A DNA stretch of 64,000 nt from a bacterium (lineage in GTDB: Bacteria > Patescibacteriota > Andersenbacteria > UBA10190): the NCBI GenBank assembly GCA_030698495.1, contig JAUYKA010000008.1, forward strand, positions 14,895 to 78,894, written 5' to 3'. Positions within the stretch are counted from its first letter, which is position 1. The number at the start of each line of letters is the position of its first letter. This document shows, one piece after another, positions 31,465 through 41,463 of the stretch. The notes under the pieces are model-generated. The model was not told where the DNA came from and ran no database searches. It saw only the letters and a program-made list of their open reading frames with translations. A program made the translations under genes and the position numbers.

Positions 31465-32260
31465 ATTTTCTGAATAATATTCTTAGCCGGTTCGGTACGA
31501 GCAACAGACTGATTGGTTGAATAAGATATAAATAATATTTTACCGGCGCCTGATATTTTTTCAGGTATTTAGTTGTAGTAGCTATTTGTTGGATGACCTG
31601 TTGTCTTTTGTTGGTGTTAGATTGGATTGTTCGATGGCAGAGCACATCTTCTAGGTTGGCCATTTGGGTTAGTGGTAAGAGCCTAAACCATAAATCACGA
31701 TCTTGTCCGTAGCGAATTTTTTCGTCGTATTTACTTGATTTATCTAATAGTGTTTTTTTTACAATAACGCAACTATGCCCAAAAGGGTTTTGTTTAAATA
31801 TATGTTTTTTGATTTCTCTGTTTGATAAAGGGACGAACACGTTTCGTTTGTGGTTTGAGTAGTGGTTGGTGTAGCAACTGCCTAATAATCCGTGGTCCGG
31901 GTGGTTGGTTAGCCAAGATATTTGTTTCGATAGCTTATTGGGTTCCCACCAATCATCTGCGTCAAGACGAGCGATATATTGACCCTTGGTTATCTCAATA
32001 CCTTTATTAAGAGATTTAGTCAGACCTATATTTTGTGTATTAGTTAGACAGCGAATGATTGGTGGATATTTCTTTTGCCATTGTTTTAACATCTTAGGAG
32101 TATTATCCGTTGAGGCATCGTCAATACAAACAATCTCAAGGTTTTGGTAGGTTTGGTTTATAACGCTTTGCAGGCAGCGATTAAGATGGGCGCTGCCGTT
32201 GTAGATTGATATTACTACCGATACTAACGGTTCAGTATTGAATGAAATAAATCGTTCCAT
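31442..32260 (-). CDS. GT2 glycosyltransferase
   Basis: VSVVISIYN, IDDASTD, ARLDADD motifs. Confidence 0.88.
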   Translation of the reverse strand: MERFISFNTEPLVSVVISIYNGSAHLNRCLQSVINQTYQNLEIVCIDDASTDNTPKMLKQWQKKYPPIIRCLTNTQNIGLTKSLNKGIEITKGQYIARLDADDWWEPNKLSKQISWLTNHPDHGLLGSCYTNHYSNHKRNVFVPLSNREIKKHIFKQNPFGHSCVIVKKTLLDKSSKYDEKIRYGQDRDLWFRLLPLTQMANLEDVLCHRTIQSNTNKRQQVIQQIATTTKYLKKYQAPVKYYLYLIQPISLLLVPNRLRILFRKYGYLFTN

Positions 32261-33303
32261 AAGTTGGATACTTTATTTAAAGAATGGTTGTTCTCGGTAT
32301 ATGTTTTGGCATTCTGGGCTAATCTTTCTCTTAAGATGTGGTTGCTGATAAGAGCATCAAGTTGACTGATGAGTGATGTTAAATTCCTGTTTTTATACAG
32401 TAAACCGTTTTCTTGGTTATGAATAAGTTCTTGGTTGGCTTTGATGTCAGAAGTCAGACAGGGGAGACCCATATTCATGGCTTCAAGTAGCGCATTACTC
32501 ATACCCTCCCCCTCGGTTGGTAAAACAAAAATATCAGCGGCAGCAAGATGCGACCAAACCGATTCTTGTTGTCCTAGAAAGCGAATGTGCTGGCGGGAAG
32601 CGTATTCGCTTATCTGTCGACGAAGGGGCTTTTCTAGTGGTCCCTTACCCATAAGTAGAAGCCTAATGTTTGGGTGTTGTTTGTGAAGGTTATTAAATGC
32701 TTTTAATAAAAGGGAGTGTCCTTTGCCTTTTTTAAAGTTGGCGACGCAGATAATGTTAAGACTATTGTCTGTTGGGACTAGGTTGTTCTTATTGGTAGGA
32801 GGGGTAATGACGGTATTGGGGATGATGAATATCTTCGAAGGAGAAATTTTCCAGGAATTAATTAGTTCTGTTTTCCTGGCGCGGGTGTGTACCGTAAAAA
32901 AATCTGCTAACCGCTTGGTGGTTTTGTTAAGAGAAGCCAGAAAAGGATGGTGCACCAGGCTGCTTCTCTGGCTTGATACGTAAGCAACGTTTTTATTGTG
33001 GCAGGCAAAGCGCGAGATTACATCCGCTTCAACCAGATAGCCGACCACAATATCGGGTTTGAGTTTATTAATTGTTTTTGTAATGGATAAGAAAATCCCG
33101 GGACTGAACGGAAGTTTGCGATTGAGATATGTGACCGGTATGTCCTTGTCGACCAGAGCTTTGCCGGTTAAGGCCGGTCCTCTAAGACAAACAACACGGT
33201 TGTCGTATGATGACTGTAGGGTTGGTAGCAATAAAAGCAGCTGTTTTTCTGCGCCGCCGATACCGAGGTCGGAAATAATATGTAGGATGATAGGCCTTTT
33301 CAT
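32224..33303 (-). CDS. GT4 glycosyltransferase
   Basis: GGAEKQL, KGH, EGMSNALLEAM motifs. Confidence 0.88.
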   Translation of the reverse strand: MKRPIILHIISDLGIGGAEKQLLLLLPTLQSSYDNRVVCLRGPALTGKALVDKDIPVTYLNRKLPFSPGIFLSITKTINKLKPDIVVGYLVEADVISRFACHNKNVAYVSSQRSSLVHHPFLASLNKTTKRLADFFTVHTRARKTELINSWKISPSKIFIIPNTVITPPTNKNNLVPTDNSLNIICVANFKKGKGHSLLLKAFNNLHKQHPNIRLLLMGKGPLEKPLRRQISEYASRQHIRFLGQQESVWSHLAAADIFVLPTEGEGMSNALLEAMNMGLPCLTSDIKANQELIHNQENGLLYKNRNLTSLISQLDALISNHILRERLAQNAKTYTENNHSLNKVSNLWNDLFHSILNR

Positions 33304-33305
33304 AT

Positions 33306-34532
33306 TTAAACAGTAAGGCTATTAAGTATTTCTTGGTATTTTTGTATTGATTTATCCCAATTGAATTTTTCTATATTTTCTTGATAGGCCTTGATTCCCA
33401 TTTGTTTACGAAGTTCCGGGTGAGTTACTAAAAAGTTTATTTTTTCAGACATAATTTGAGGGCTGTGGGTTGGAATGAGGATGCCGGATTCACTGGAGGT
33501 AATAATTTCTTTTGTTCCGCCGACATCAGTTGCTATGATTGCTTTTTGGCAGAGCGCAGCTTCGATAACGGAAGTAGGCAGACCTTCCGTGTAGCTGGGA
33601 TTAATGAAAATATCAGAAGCTTTGATTATGGAGATTGTTTGTTCCCACGGCTGCGAGTCCAGAAAAGTAATCCTATCGGCCAGATCAAGGTTGGCAGCTT
33701 GCCGGCGCAGAGCGGATAGTTGGCTGCCTTGGCCTATTATAAAACAGTGGAAGTTTATTAACTGAAGATGATCGAGAGCGTTGAGGAGATCGGTTACTCC
33801 TTTGCCATCGATGAGGCGGCCGGCGTAGGTGATTATAGGGGTAGCAGGCAGCAGGTAGTAGGTAGTATGCAGGTTGACTGGTTGTATCTTCTGTATTTGC
33901 TGAATATCAACGCCGCGATAGATGACTGTGACCGGTTTTTGGAGCACGAATTTTTTGACAAAAGCGGCGGAGGCGTGGGAATTGGCAACGACGGCGTCGG
34001 CGGAACGCAATATGAGCCGGCCAAGCGTGAGATCGTAAAATTTGGCGATGAAGCTAAGTAGGGGGTTATGTAGGTGCACGTAATCGGAGCCGTGCTCGAT
34101 ATGTAGCCAAGGCATGCGGTGTGTTTTAGCATAAAACCCGGCCATTATAGAAGCGAAGAAGAAACGGGTTCTTGAAAGTACTATAGTTTGTAGTGAGTAG
34201 TTTGTGGTGAGTAGGGACTTTTTAACTAAGTGCCATTGTTCCCAAAAAAGAGGCTGCCAGAATTTTGGAACTGGATAATTAGGTATTATTTCCCAGGCGG
34301 GGAACCGAAAGATGTGTACTCCTTCTGATTTTTCCGTGAGTTTTGCATTTGGTGTGATGAGTGGAGTGAAAACAGTGATTTTATAGCCGCGCCTAGTCAT
34401 TTCCTGATCAAATTGCTGGGCATGGGTTTCAAGCCCCCCCACGTGGGGCGGATAAAGGGGGGAAAAGACAAGTATATGCCGCTGAATTTGGTTTTCAGGG
34501 GGAGTATGTGTATGATGTATAGTTGGTTTCAT
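33306..34532 (-). CDS. GT4 glycosyltransferase (start trimmed to 34532)
   Basis: YPPHVGGLE, GRLIDGKG, EGLPTSVIEAA motifs. The longer ORF would overlap the real GT2 on the other strand. Confidence 0.85.
   Translation of the reverse strand: MKPTIHHTHTPPENQIQRHILVFSPLYPPHVGGLETHAQQFDQEMTRRGYKITVFTPLITPNAKLTEKSEGVHIFRFPAWEIIPNYPVPKFWQPLFWEQWHLVKKSLLTTNYSLQTIVLSRTRFFFASIMAGFYAKTHRMPWLHIEHGSDYVHLHNPLLSFIAKFYDLTLGRLILRSADAVVANSHASAAFVKKFVLQKPVTVIYRGVDIQQIQKIQPVNLHTTYYLLPATPIITYAGRLIDGKGVTDLLNALDHLQLINFHCFIIGQGSQLSALRRQAANLDLADRITFLDSQPWEQTISIIKASDIFINPSYTEGLPTSVIEAALCQKAIIATDVGGTKEIITSSESGILIPTHSPQIMSEKINFLVTHPELRKQMGIKAYQENIEKFNWDKSIQKYQEILNSLTV
33841..33868. repeat. In-frame heptamer array
   Basis: GTAGCAG GCAGCAG GTAGTAG GTAGTAT; encodes HTTYYLLPAT. 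Confidence 0.75.
34184..34214. repeat. In-frame heptamer array
   Basis: TAGTTTG TAGTGAG TAGTTTG TGGTGAG TAG; encodes LLTTNYSLQT. Confidence 0.75.
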
Positions 34533-35258
34533 ATGGCTATAAATATTCAGAAAAAGATTTGTATAATAGTACCGGCTTATAACGAGGAGGGGTTTTTGGC
34601 CGAGGTGGTGGGTGATATCAGAAAATATTGCCCAGAGGCCCAAATAGTGGTTGTGAATGATGCCTCTAGTGATAGTACTAAACTGGTTGCGTGGTCGCAA
34701 AGAGTGCCCGTTTTGGACTTGCCTACCAATTTGGGTATTGGCGGGGCTATGCAGACGGGGTTTTTGTATGCGGTGCGTAACGGTTTTGACGTTGCGATGC
34801 AGGTAGACGCCGACGGGCAACATGATCCTCGGTTCATACCTGTTTTATTGGAAGCGCTGGGGGAACGCGGGGCCGACATGGTAATCGGAAGTCGTTTTTT
34901 GGAGCGAGTCGGCTACCGGGCCTCGTTTATGAGGTTGTTTGGGATCAGATTTTTTGCCTGGTTGATTGGTATGATGACCAATAGGCGTGTTTATGACGCT
35001 ACCTCCGGATACCGTGCCTATAATAAAGAAGCTTTAAATTTCGTGGCAAAATATTATCCGTCTGATTTTCCGGAGCCGGAATCGATTGTCATTATGCTCC
35101 GTAACGGGTTCAAAATTAAAGAAGTGCCGGTCGTGATGAAACATCGCCAAGCAGGAACTTCCTCGGTGCGTCCTTTAAAGGGAACATATTTTGTGGTATC
35201 TAATGCTGTGGCGATTATAATCAGTGCTTTTAAAAGAAGGTTACGTTCAAGTTTATGA
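34533..35258 (+). CDS. GT2 glycosyltransferase (polyprenyl-phosphate sugar synthase-like)
   Basis: IVPAYNEE, VNDASSD, NLGIGGA, QVDADGQH, DATSGYR motifs; start at 34533. Confidence 0.88.
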   Translation: MAINIQKKICIIVPAYNEEGFLAEVVGDIRKYCPEAQIVVVNDASSDSTKLVAWSQRVPVLDLPTNLGIGGAMQTGFLYAVRNGFDVAMQVDADGQHDPRFIPVLLEALGERGADMVIGSRFLERVGYRASFMRLFGIRFFAWLIGMMTNRRVYDATSGYRAYNKEALNFVAKYYPSDFPEPESIVIMLRNGFKIKEVPVVMKHRQAGTSSVRPLKGTYFVVSNAVAIIISAFKRRLRSSL

Positions 35259-35641
35259 TTGATTTTTTGGTTTTCAGCGGTTCTATTCCGGCTCGTACAC
35301 AAACGTTTGCTATTGTTGTTAGCGGGGGTTTATTTTTATTGATTGTGTATTTAATACGTAGCGGTCGCCTGAAAGAGGGTTATTCGCTGATATGGTTTTT
35401 TATAGCGTTAGCTACGGTTGCCTTGTCGGTTTTTAGTGGACTGCTTGATGTTTTTGCCAGGTTTATCGGAATTGCTTATGTACCGGCAGCTCTGTTTTTA
35501 GTGTTGTTGGGCGGAGTGTATTTATTGGGTATTCATTTTTCTTTGCTGCTCAACAGGTATGATAAACGCATCCGACAATTGGCCCAAGAGCATGCTATAC
35601 TGAAGGAACAAATCGCTAAACTGCTTGATAAAAAGTTATGA
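35255..35641 (+). CDS. DUF2304 family small membrane protein
   Basis: 3 TM segments; RLKEGYSLIW, GIAYVPAALF, IRQLAQE; directly follows a GT2, as is typical for this family. Confidence 0.8.
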   Translation: MIDFLVFSGSIPARTQTFAIVVSGGLFLLIVYLIRSGRLKEGYSLIWFFIALATVALSVFSGLLDVFARFIGIAYVPAALFLVLLGGVYLLGIHFSLLLNRYDKRIRQLAQEHAILKEQIAKLLDKKL

Positions 35642-36624
35642 AAAAATTTCTCATAACCGGGGGGGCGGGGTTTATCGGGTCTCATCTTGCAGAGTATCTG
35701 TTAGCTAAGGGCGCGGGAGTTAGGGTTGTAGATAATTTGTCTACCGGGTCGGCAGACAATATGCGGTCTTTTTCGGGTAATCCGTCTTTTGAATTTACTA
35801 TCGGGGATGTTGTTGACAAAGAACTGATGACAAAGGAGATGTCGGGGGTGGATGGTGTGTTTCACCTAGCCGCTTCTGTGGGGGTAAAGCATATTATGGA
35901 GAACTTGGTGGCATCTATCAGAAATAATGTATTGGGCACGGAGGTGGTATTGGAGACGGCGAGTGATTTAGGGGTAAGGATTCTTTTAACGTCAACTTCG
36001 GAAGTATATGGAAAAATTAGTGATCAGCCATCGGCGGAAAGCGATGATTTTCGGATGGGTGAGCCGTTGAAAAGCCGTTGGTCTTATGCTTGTTCCAAGG
36101 CGTTGGATGAATATATGGCTTTTGCCTATTATCATGAGCGTAACTTGCCAGTTACGGTCACCAGATTGTTTAATACTGTCGGGCCAAGACAAACAAGTGC
36201 TTACGGAATGGTTATTCCGACATTTGTAAAACAAGCTGTAGCCGGGGAACCGATAACAATTCATGGTGACGGGAAGCAGTCTCGCTGCTTTGTGTATGTT
36301 AAGGATGTTGTATGGGCCTTGTATAATTTAATGTTTTCCGACGCGGCAGTGGGGGAAATATACAATATTGGCAGTACCGAAAAAATAACAATTGATGAGT
36401 TAGCGGACAGAATAATCAAAATAACCGGAAGCGCCAGCATTAAGAAATATTTTCCTTATGATCATGTTTATAAAGTTGGTTTTGACGATGCTTACAGTAG
36501 ACAGCCTAAAATTGATAAGGTGCAACAAGCGATAGGGTTTATGCCGCGGCATAAACTTGATGACATCATTAAATTGGTTTTAGAAAACATTGCGAAGCCT
36601 GAAAAAGCGGTGGTGAGTAATTAG
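35638..36624 (+). CDS. NAD-dependent NDP-sugar epimerase/dehydratase
   Basis: TGGAGFIGSH, STSEVYG, YACSK, RLFNTVGPRQ motifs. Confidence 0.9.
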   Translation: MKKFLITGGAGFIGSHLAEYLLAKGAGVRVVDNLSTGSADNMRSFSGNPSFEFTIGDVVDKELMTKEMSGVDGVFHLAASVGVKHIMENLVASIRNNVLGTEVVLETASDLGVRILLTSTSEVYGKISDQPSAESDDFRMGEPLKSRWSYACSKALDEYMAFAYYHERNLPVTVTRLFNTVGPRQTSAYGMVIPTFVKQAVAGEPITIHGDGKQSRCFVYVKDVVWALYNLMFSDAAVGEIYNIGSTEKITIDELADRIIKITGSASIKKYFPYDHVYKVGFDDAYSRQPKIDKVQQAIGFMPRHKLDDIIKLVLENIAKPEKAVVSN

Positions 36625-38480
36625 TTTTTAAAACTAGCAGACATTTGAGTTTTCCATTGCTTGGCGAATTGTCCATTAAGAGAGATAAGTTGCGTTAAGG
36701 TGCCGTGTTCTTTAATTTCGCCATGTTCCAGATAAATGACTTGACTCGCATTTTTTATAGTGGACAGGCGATGGGCTATAAGTAATAGTGTCTTATTCCG
36801 AAAAACTGTATTCATAGTGTTTTGAATATATCTTTCAGTGGCGGAATCCAGGGCACTGGTGGCTTCGTCAAGTAGTATTATTTCTGCTTTTTTGATTAGT
36901 GCCCTGGCGATAGCCACTCTTTGTTTTTCTCCGCCGGATAATTGGACGCCTCGGTCGCCAATAACAGTATCCAGGCCTTTTTCCAAACGGTTAATGAGCT
37001 CGTTCAGTTGTACTTGAGATATTATGTGTTGTAGTTGTTGGTCGCTGACTTCTTTTTGGCTGTAGGTAAGATTGTTTTTTAAGGAATCGTGTAATAAAAT
37101 CGGGTCTTGATCAACGATAGCAATATGCTGTCTTAATGATTTAAAATCTAAATCCCTAATATCGGTGTTATCAAAAAAAATGGTTCGGGGCGGACACTCG
37201 TAAAAGCGCATTAAGAGATTAATAATAGTTGATTTCCCGCTGCCGGAGGGTCCTACTAAAGCAGTAAGTTGTCCCTTAGGGACATTGAAGCTGACATGGC
37301 GCAATACCGGTTCTCTTCCTTCGTAAGTAAAGCTTAAATTTGATATTCTGATTTTGTTTTGAAGGCCGGTGAAAATTGTACTGCCTTCTCGCACTATATA
37401 TTTTCCTTTATTGTTAAAAGTGCCGATAATTTCCAGAAGAGGCGGAGTCATTTCTGAAATTGCAACCCAAATACTGTTAAACACTTTAAACAAAGGAACT
37501 GTTCGGGAGGCCACATAAAGAAAGATTATAATTCTGGTTAAATCCAGGCCGTTGTCACGGTGGATGGAGAAGGCGATGTAAGCTACTACAAAAAATAAGG
37601 TGAGGACGGTGATTAAGCGAGGAATCAGGATAGTAAAGTATCCCAGGGCTTCGGCCTTGAGTTGAACTTTTCTGAACTTTTCATTCATTTGAGCATAATG
37701 TTTTTTTGATTGTTCTTCTTGGGAGTAACTCCAGACCAGGGGCAAAGAAGACAAAATATTAAAAGATTCTCGGCTAAGATCCATGGTGACTTCTTTGGCT
37801 TGCCGCCAAAGAGTGTTAACTTTTTTCATGATTTGGCGGGAAGTTAGGTACAGAAGAGGAAATATCAGTAAAACCATTATCATTAGACGCCAGGATAGCC
37901 AAGTCATAACAGCCAGGTATCCGATCAGTTGGGTTAGGCTAGCCAGGTTGTTCTGGGATATTCTAACTAACTGTACGCTGCTGTTGGTGTATTCCAGGAC
38001 TTTTTTGATGGTGCCGTGGCTTGTTTTATCAAAAAATAATTTACCGAAGGAAAAATAGCGGTTATATACAAAAGTATGGAGATGCCATTGGTATTTTCCC
38101 TGAAGATAACGACCATAGTAGGTGTAGATAAAAGTGACAATTATTCCCAATAAATTAGTCAGAAATATTGTACCGGCCAGTATAAAAAATATGAGGGCGG
38201 GACTAATTTTGATATTAGTGTTGCGGAAGAAAAAACCCGCTGTTTTTGAAAGTGGTTCCGGCAGTTGAGCTGCCGTGAAGCCCGTTCCCGTGATGCCTTG
38301 TGCCAAAGGAACCAGTAGGCCGATACCCAAAACATCGAAAGTAGCAACGGCGATGGACAGAAGAATTAAGATAACAATCTGATACGGTTTGACATGCATT
38401 ACGTTCAGAAGGCGCCGAAGGAGCTTAATCTGTTGTCTTCGCTTATCAGAAAGCCAAAATTTGTTATTTGGGGTAAGCAT
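36621..38480 (-). CDS. ABC transporter permease/ATPase (MsbA/PglK-like glycan exporter)
   Basis: TM domain plus GPSGSGKST, LSGGEKQR, LLDEATSALD, IAHRLST. Confidence 0.9.
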   Translation of the reverse strand: MLTPNNKFWLSDKRRQQIKLLRRLLNVMHVKPYQIVILILLSIAVATFDVLGIGLLVPLAQGITGTGFTAAQLPEPLSKTAGFFFRNTNIKISPALIFFILAGTIFLTNLLGIIVTFIYTYYGRYLQGKYQWHLHTFVYNRYFSFGKLFFDKTSHGTIKKVLEYTNSSVQLVRISQNNLASLTQLIGYLAVMTWLSWRLMIMVLLIFPLLYLTSRQIMKKVNTLWRQAKEVTMDLSRESFNILSSLPLVWSYSQEEQSKKHYAQMNEKFRKVQLKAEALGYFTILIPRLITVLTLFFVVAYIAFSIHRDNGLDLTRIIIFLYVASRTVPLFKVFNSIWVAISEMTPPLLEIIGTFNNKGKYIVREGSTIFTGLQNKIRISNLSFTYEGREPVLRHVSFNVPKGQLTALVGPSGSGKSTIINLLMRFYECPPRTIFFDNTDIRDLDFKSLRQHIAIVDQDPILLHDSLKNNLTYSQKEVSDQQLQHIISQVQLNELINRLEKGLDTVIGDRGVQLSGGEKQRVAIARALIKKAEIILLDEATSALDSATERYIQNTMNTVFRNKTLLLIAHRLSTIKNASQVIYLEHGEIKEHGTLTQLISLNGQFAKQWKTQMSASFKN

Positions 38481-38552
38481 AACTACATATAATAACCTAT
38501 CATACAGGGAGCTGCCTATGCTAATATGGCGACATATTAAAAGTCGGTTTTT

Positions 38553-39659
38553 ATGGCTTTAATTAATAAAAAGATAAAGATTTTACACCAATATCATAAC
38601 AATGTTTTTGATATGGTAAAGGTTCTTGAAGAAAACAATGAAGTGGTTTTTTTATCTTATAGGACCAGTCGTTTGGTGCCAGGGATAAGGAATAACGAGC
38701 CGAGCACATTTAGGTTTATATGGCCGATGTACAATCCTTTTAAATTATCAAAATTACTGGGTAAAGATACTGATATATTGGTTTTAAAACATATAAACGA
38801 TCCAATTAACTTTTTTCCGTACATTTTGTCTTGGATTAAAGGAGTAAAATGCGTGGTGGCTGTTCAGCGACTTACTCATAAAAATTTTTGGGGCTACCGG
38901 TTTCTTTTTCGTTTGGGCGTACGCTTGTTGTGTCTGCTTGGAGTTAGAATTATGGCCGTAACGCAAGATAGTTATGAAGAGTTGTCCAAAACCCGCCTAA
39001 AGACTGTTTATATTCCAGCTTGTATCAAGGCGAGCTGCTGGGAATCGGTTAATGACCAGACGTCCCACTTAAGCGCTAACCAACTGTCAATTATCACCGT
39101 TGCGAAATATCAGAAGCGCAAAAACATCCCCCTACTGGTGAAGGCTGTAGCTGAATTAGTTAAAAAATATCCACTTATGGGGTTCCGGTTAGTAATAGTT
39201 GGTGATCTTTCCATTAGAAAGAAATCTCAAGATGAGTTTAGACGAGTTAAAAATTTAGTGAAGCAATATTGTCTTGAGGATATAATTATTCTTCGCTCTA
39301 ATGTTTCCCACAAAGAAATGCCCGCTATTTATAATCAGAATAATATTTTTGTATTGCCGGCCGGTAGTGAGCCGTTAGGTTATGCCGTGCTGGAAGCAAT
39401 GGCTAGCGGTAAACCGGTTATTTGCTCGGACCAAGTTGGGGCGGTTTCGTATATAGAGGAGGGAAAAAATGGTTATATATGTGAGGCCGGATCATTAAGC
39501 TCTCTCGTTCAAAGCCTGGAAAAGTTTATTAGAAACAATAATGAGATTAATATTCAAAAAATCGAAGAGTTTGGAAGATATGGTAAAACTTTAGTGGAAA
39601 GAAATCACAGCGCGGGTGTATTTTTAAATAAGTTTGAAGAATTAGTATGTATGAAATAA
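38553..39659 (+). CDS. GT4 glycosyltransferase
   Basis: RKNI, EPLGYAVLEAMASGKP motifs. Confidence 0.85.
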   Translation: MALINKKIKILHQYHNNVFDMVKVLEENNEVVFLSYRTSRLVPGIRNNEPSTFRFIWPMYNPFKLSKLLGKDTDILVLKHINDPINFFPYILSWIKGVKCVVAVQRLTHKNFWGYRFLFRLGVRLLCLLGVRIMAVTQDSYEELSKTRLKTVYIPACIKASCWESVNDQTSHLSANQLSIITVAKYQKRKNIPLLVKAVAELVKKYPLMGFRLVIVGDLSIRKKSQDEFRRVKNLVKQYCLEDIIILRSNVSHKEMPAIYNQNNIFVLPAGSEPLGYAVLEAMASGKPVICSDQVGAVSYIEEGKNGYICEAGSLSSLVQSLEKFIRNNNEINIQKIEEFGRYGKTLVERNHSAGVFLNKFEELVCMK

Positions 39660-41080
39660 TGAGAAGAAGAGACGTATCCTGGTTATTGGTGGTGGTCACA
39701 GCTGTTTTTGTGATTGTGCTTTGTTGGCAATATCCTTTGTCGGTTTCGTTTCCTGTCGGTGGAGATGTTATGCGCTATATAGCCAGAGCTAATGCGGTAA
39801 AGGACGCCTTGCAATTTTCTATACCAGACGGGTTCAGTCTTCTAATAAGAAATTCATCATACCCGGCTTCTATTTTGGTAGTTCTGGTGGCCGGTTTGGT
39901 GCCGATAGGGTGGCCCGAGAAGTGGCTATTGTTGATGTTTCTGGCTCAAATTGCTTGTGCGGGATCGCTTTATTATGTAGTCGGAAAAATTACCGGCAAC
40001 AGAATAACGGCTTGTTTAGCGGCCGCAGCCTGGGCGATTGTGGGTTTAAGTTTTACCCGCCATATTGAAGACGGGACATTTGCCCAACTTATGAGTCTGC
40101 CGGCTTTTGTGTTTTTTCTGGGGCAGTTGATGAATAAAAAGTATATCACGGCGATTTTTTGGGTGATGTTGTCGTTCTTGTTCCATCCGGTTACCGGCTT
40201 GGTCGCCGGGTTGGTTGCTGTTCTTTATCTGGTGACTAACCTTGATAATTTTGTAAGCTCGAGCAAAAAAAAGGTTGTTGGTTTGGTGTTGTTGGTGATT
40301 TCTTTGGGGGTAGCGATCTATTTTTTGAAAAAATATGATCATTTATTTTTATTGGACTATTCAAGTGATAATGGCATATCGTTGACTGATTTACTTAACT
40401 CTTCTTTTGGTACTTTGTTGGTCATGACTCCCTTGGGAATGATAGTGTTTTTGAGAAAATATAAGCGAGAGGGACAGGCCCTGGTTGTTGCTACGTTTAT
40501 ACTATTTCTCTTTATTTTTCAGAACCAGCTGGTGGGGGAGAGTATGTTTATTAACCGCATAAATTCTTATCCGGCCATTTTTGTTTCCATATTCTCGGCG
40601 ATTGCGATAGCTGAAGTGGTGAGAACCATTAGGGTTGCCAATATTCTTTTGCGGGTGCTTCTGGTCTTAGTGTTTTTTAGTATGGGTGTTAGCGTTTGGT
40701 CGCAGCAAGGAAATATTTATCGGTATTATGATGATCCGGGAAATTATGCCAGAGTGCACCCTGATGAACTGGCTGCTATTTACTGGTTACGCGATAATAC
40801 TGCTGCTGATGACGGAATTGTTTCTACCGTTGCTAACAGACATAGTGAGTGGATACCAATATTAAGCCAAAGACAGTGGGTCGGTTTGTATGCTGACGAC
40901 GTATTATTTACCGCCGATAATTTTTTGTTTAAGAAGATTAGCGGGGAAAAGGGCTATGATTACGCAGTGGTTTTTAAGAACCGTGAGGAGAGAGTTGATT
41001 TGATTAAAGGAGGGGTTTCGGAATCGTCTATTGTGTATCAGAATGACGCCGCGGAAATAATTAAAATATCACAGCTATGA
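39647..41080 (+). CDS. Multi-pass membrane protein, GT-C-like
   Basis: FPVGGD after TM1, FHP, about 11 TM segments, C-terminal ELAAIYWLRDNT domain. Confidence 0.65.
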   Translation: MYEIMRRRDVSWLLVVVTAVFVIVLCWQYPLSVSFPVGGDVMRYIARANAVKDALQFSIPDGFSLLIRNSSYPASILVVLVAGLVPIGWPEKWLLLMFLAQIACAGSLYYVVGKITGNRITACLAAAAWAIVGLSFTRHIEDGTFAQLMSLPAFVFFLGQLMNKKYITAIFWVMLSFLFHPVTGLVAGLVAVLYLVTNLDNFVSSSKKKVVGLVLLVISLGVAIYFLKKYDHLFLLDYSSDNGISLTDLLNSSFGTLLVMTPLGMIVFLRKYKREGQALVVATFILFLFIFQNQLVGESMFINRINSYPAIFVSIFSAIAIAEVVRTIRVANILLRVLLVLVFFSMGVSVWSQQGNIYRYYDDPGNYARVHPDELAAIYWLRDNTAADDGIVSTVANRHSEWIPILSQRQWVGLYADDVLFTADNFLFKKISGEKGYDYAVVFKNREERVDLIKGGVSESSIVYQNDAAEIIKISQL

Positions 41081-41463
41081 AAAATAACCGGAAAACATCC
41101 CTGGCGTTACTGGCTATTTTGGGTGTTGCTATTAGTGTTAATTTTCACGTACCAGTGGGGATAGTCATACTGGCGAGCACACTGTTGTACGTCGTGTATA
41201 TTGTGTCGGTCCATGATTATCAGATAATGGTGCGGGTATTTCCTTATGGGGCAGTAATTGGCCTGGCATATTTTATCAGAATACCGGTATTGGAAAACCA
41301 ACCTATTCTGCCAAGGGTGCTGACGGTGATTGCTTTATGGTCTATGGTTTTTTTATCTATTGCTTGGTTTACGGAATGGATTTTGCGAAGCAAGAACAAA
41401 ACCACCCTGCAGCGTGAGGATAGCAAGAGAGAGCCACATAATAATTTGGGAAAAAGCAATTAG
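41077..41463 (+). CDS. Small membrane protein
   Basis: ATGA-coupled to the upstream gene; 3-4 TM segments. Confidence 0.55.
   Translation: MKNNRKTSLALLAILGVAISVNFHVPVGIVILASTLLYVVYIVSVHDYQIMVRVFPYGAVIGLAYFIRIPVLENQPILPRVLTVIALWSMVFLSIAWFTEWILRSKNKTTLQREDSKREPHNNLGKSN

Noticed and set aside
34533-34823. 505-aa extended GT4 ORF and the 34413 start of the GT2
   Set aside because: The extensions are antisense shadows of each other's coding regions; family motifs begin after 34532 and 34533.
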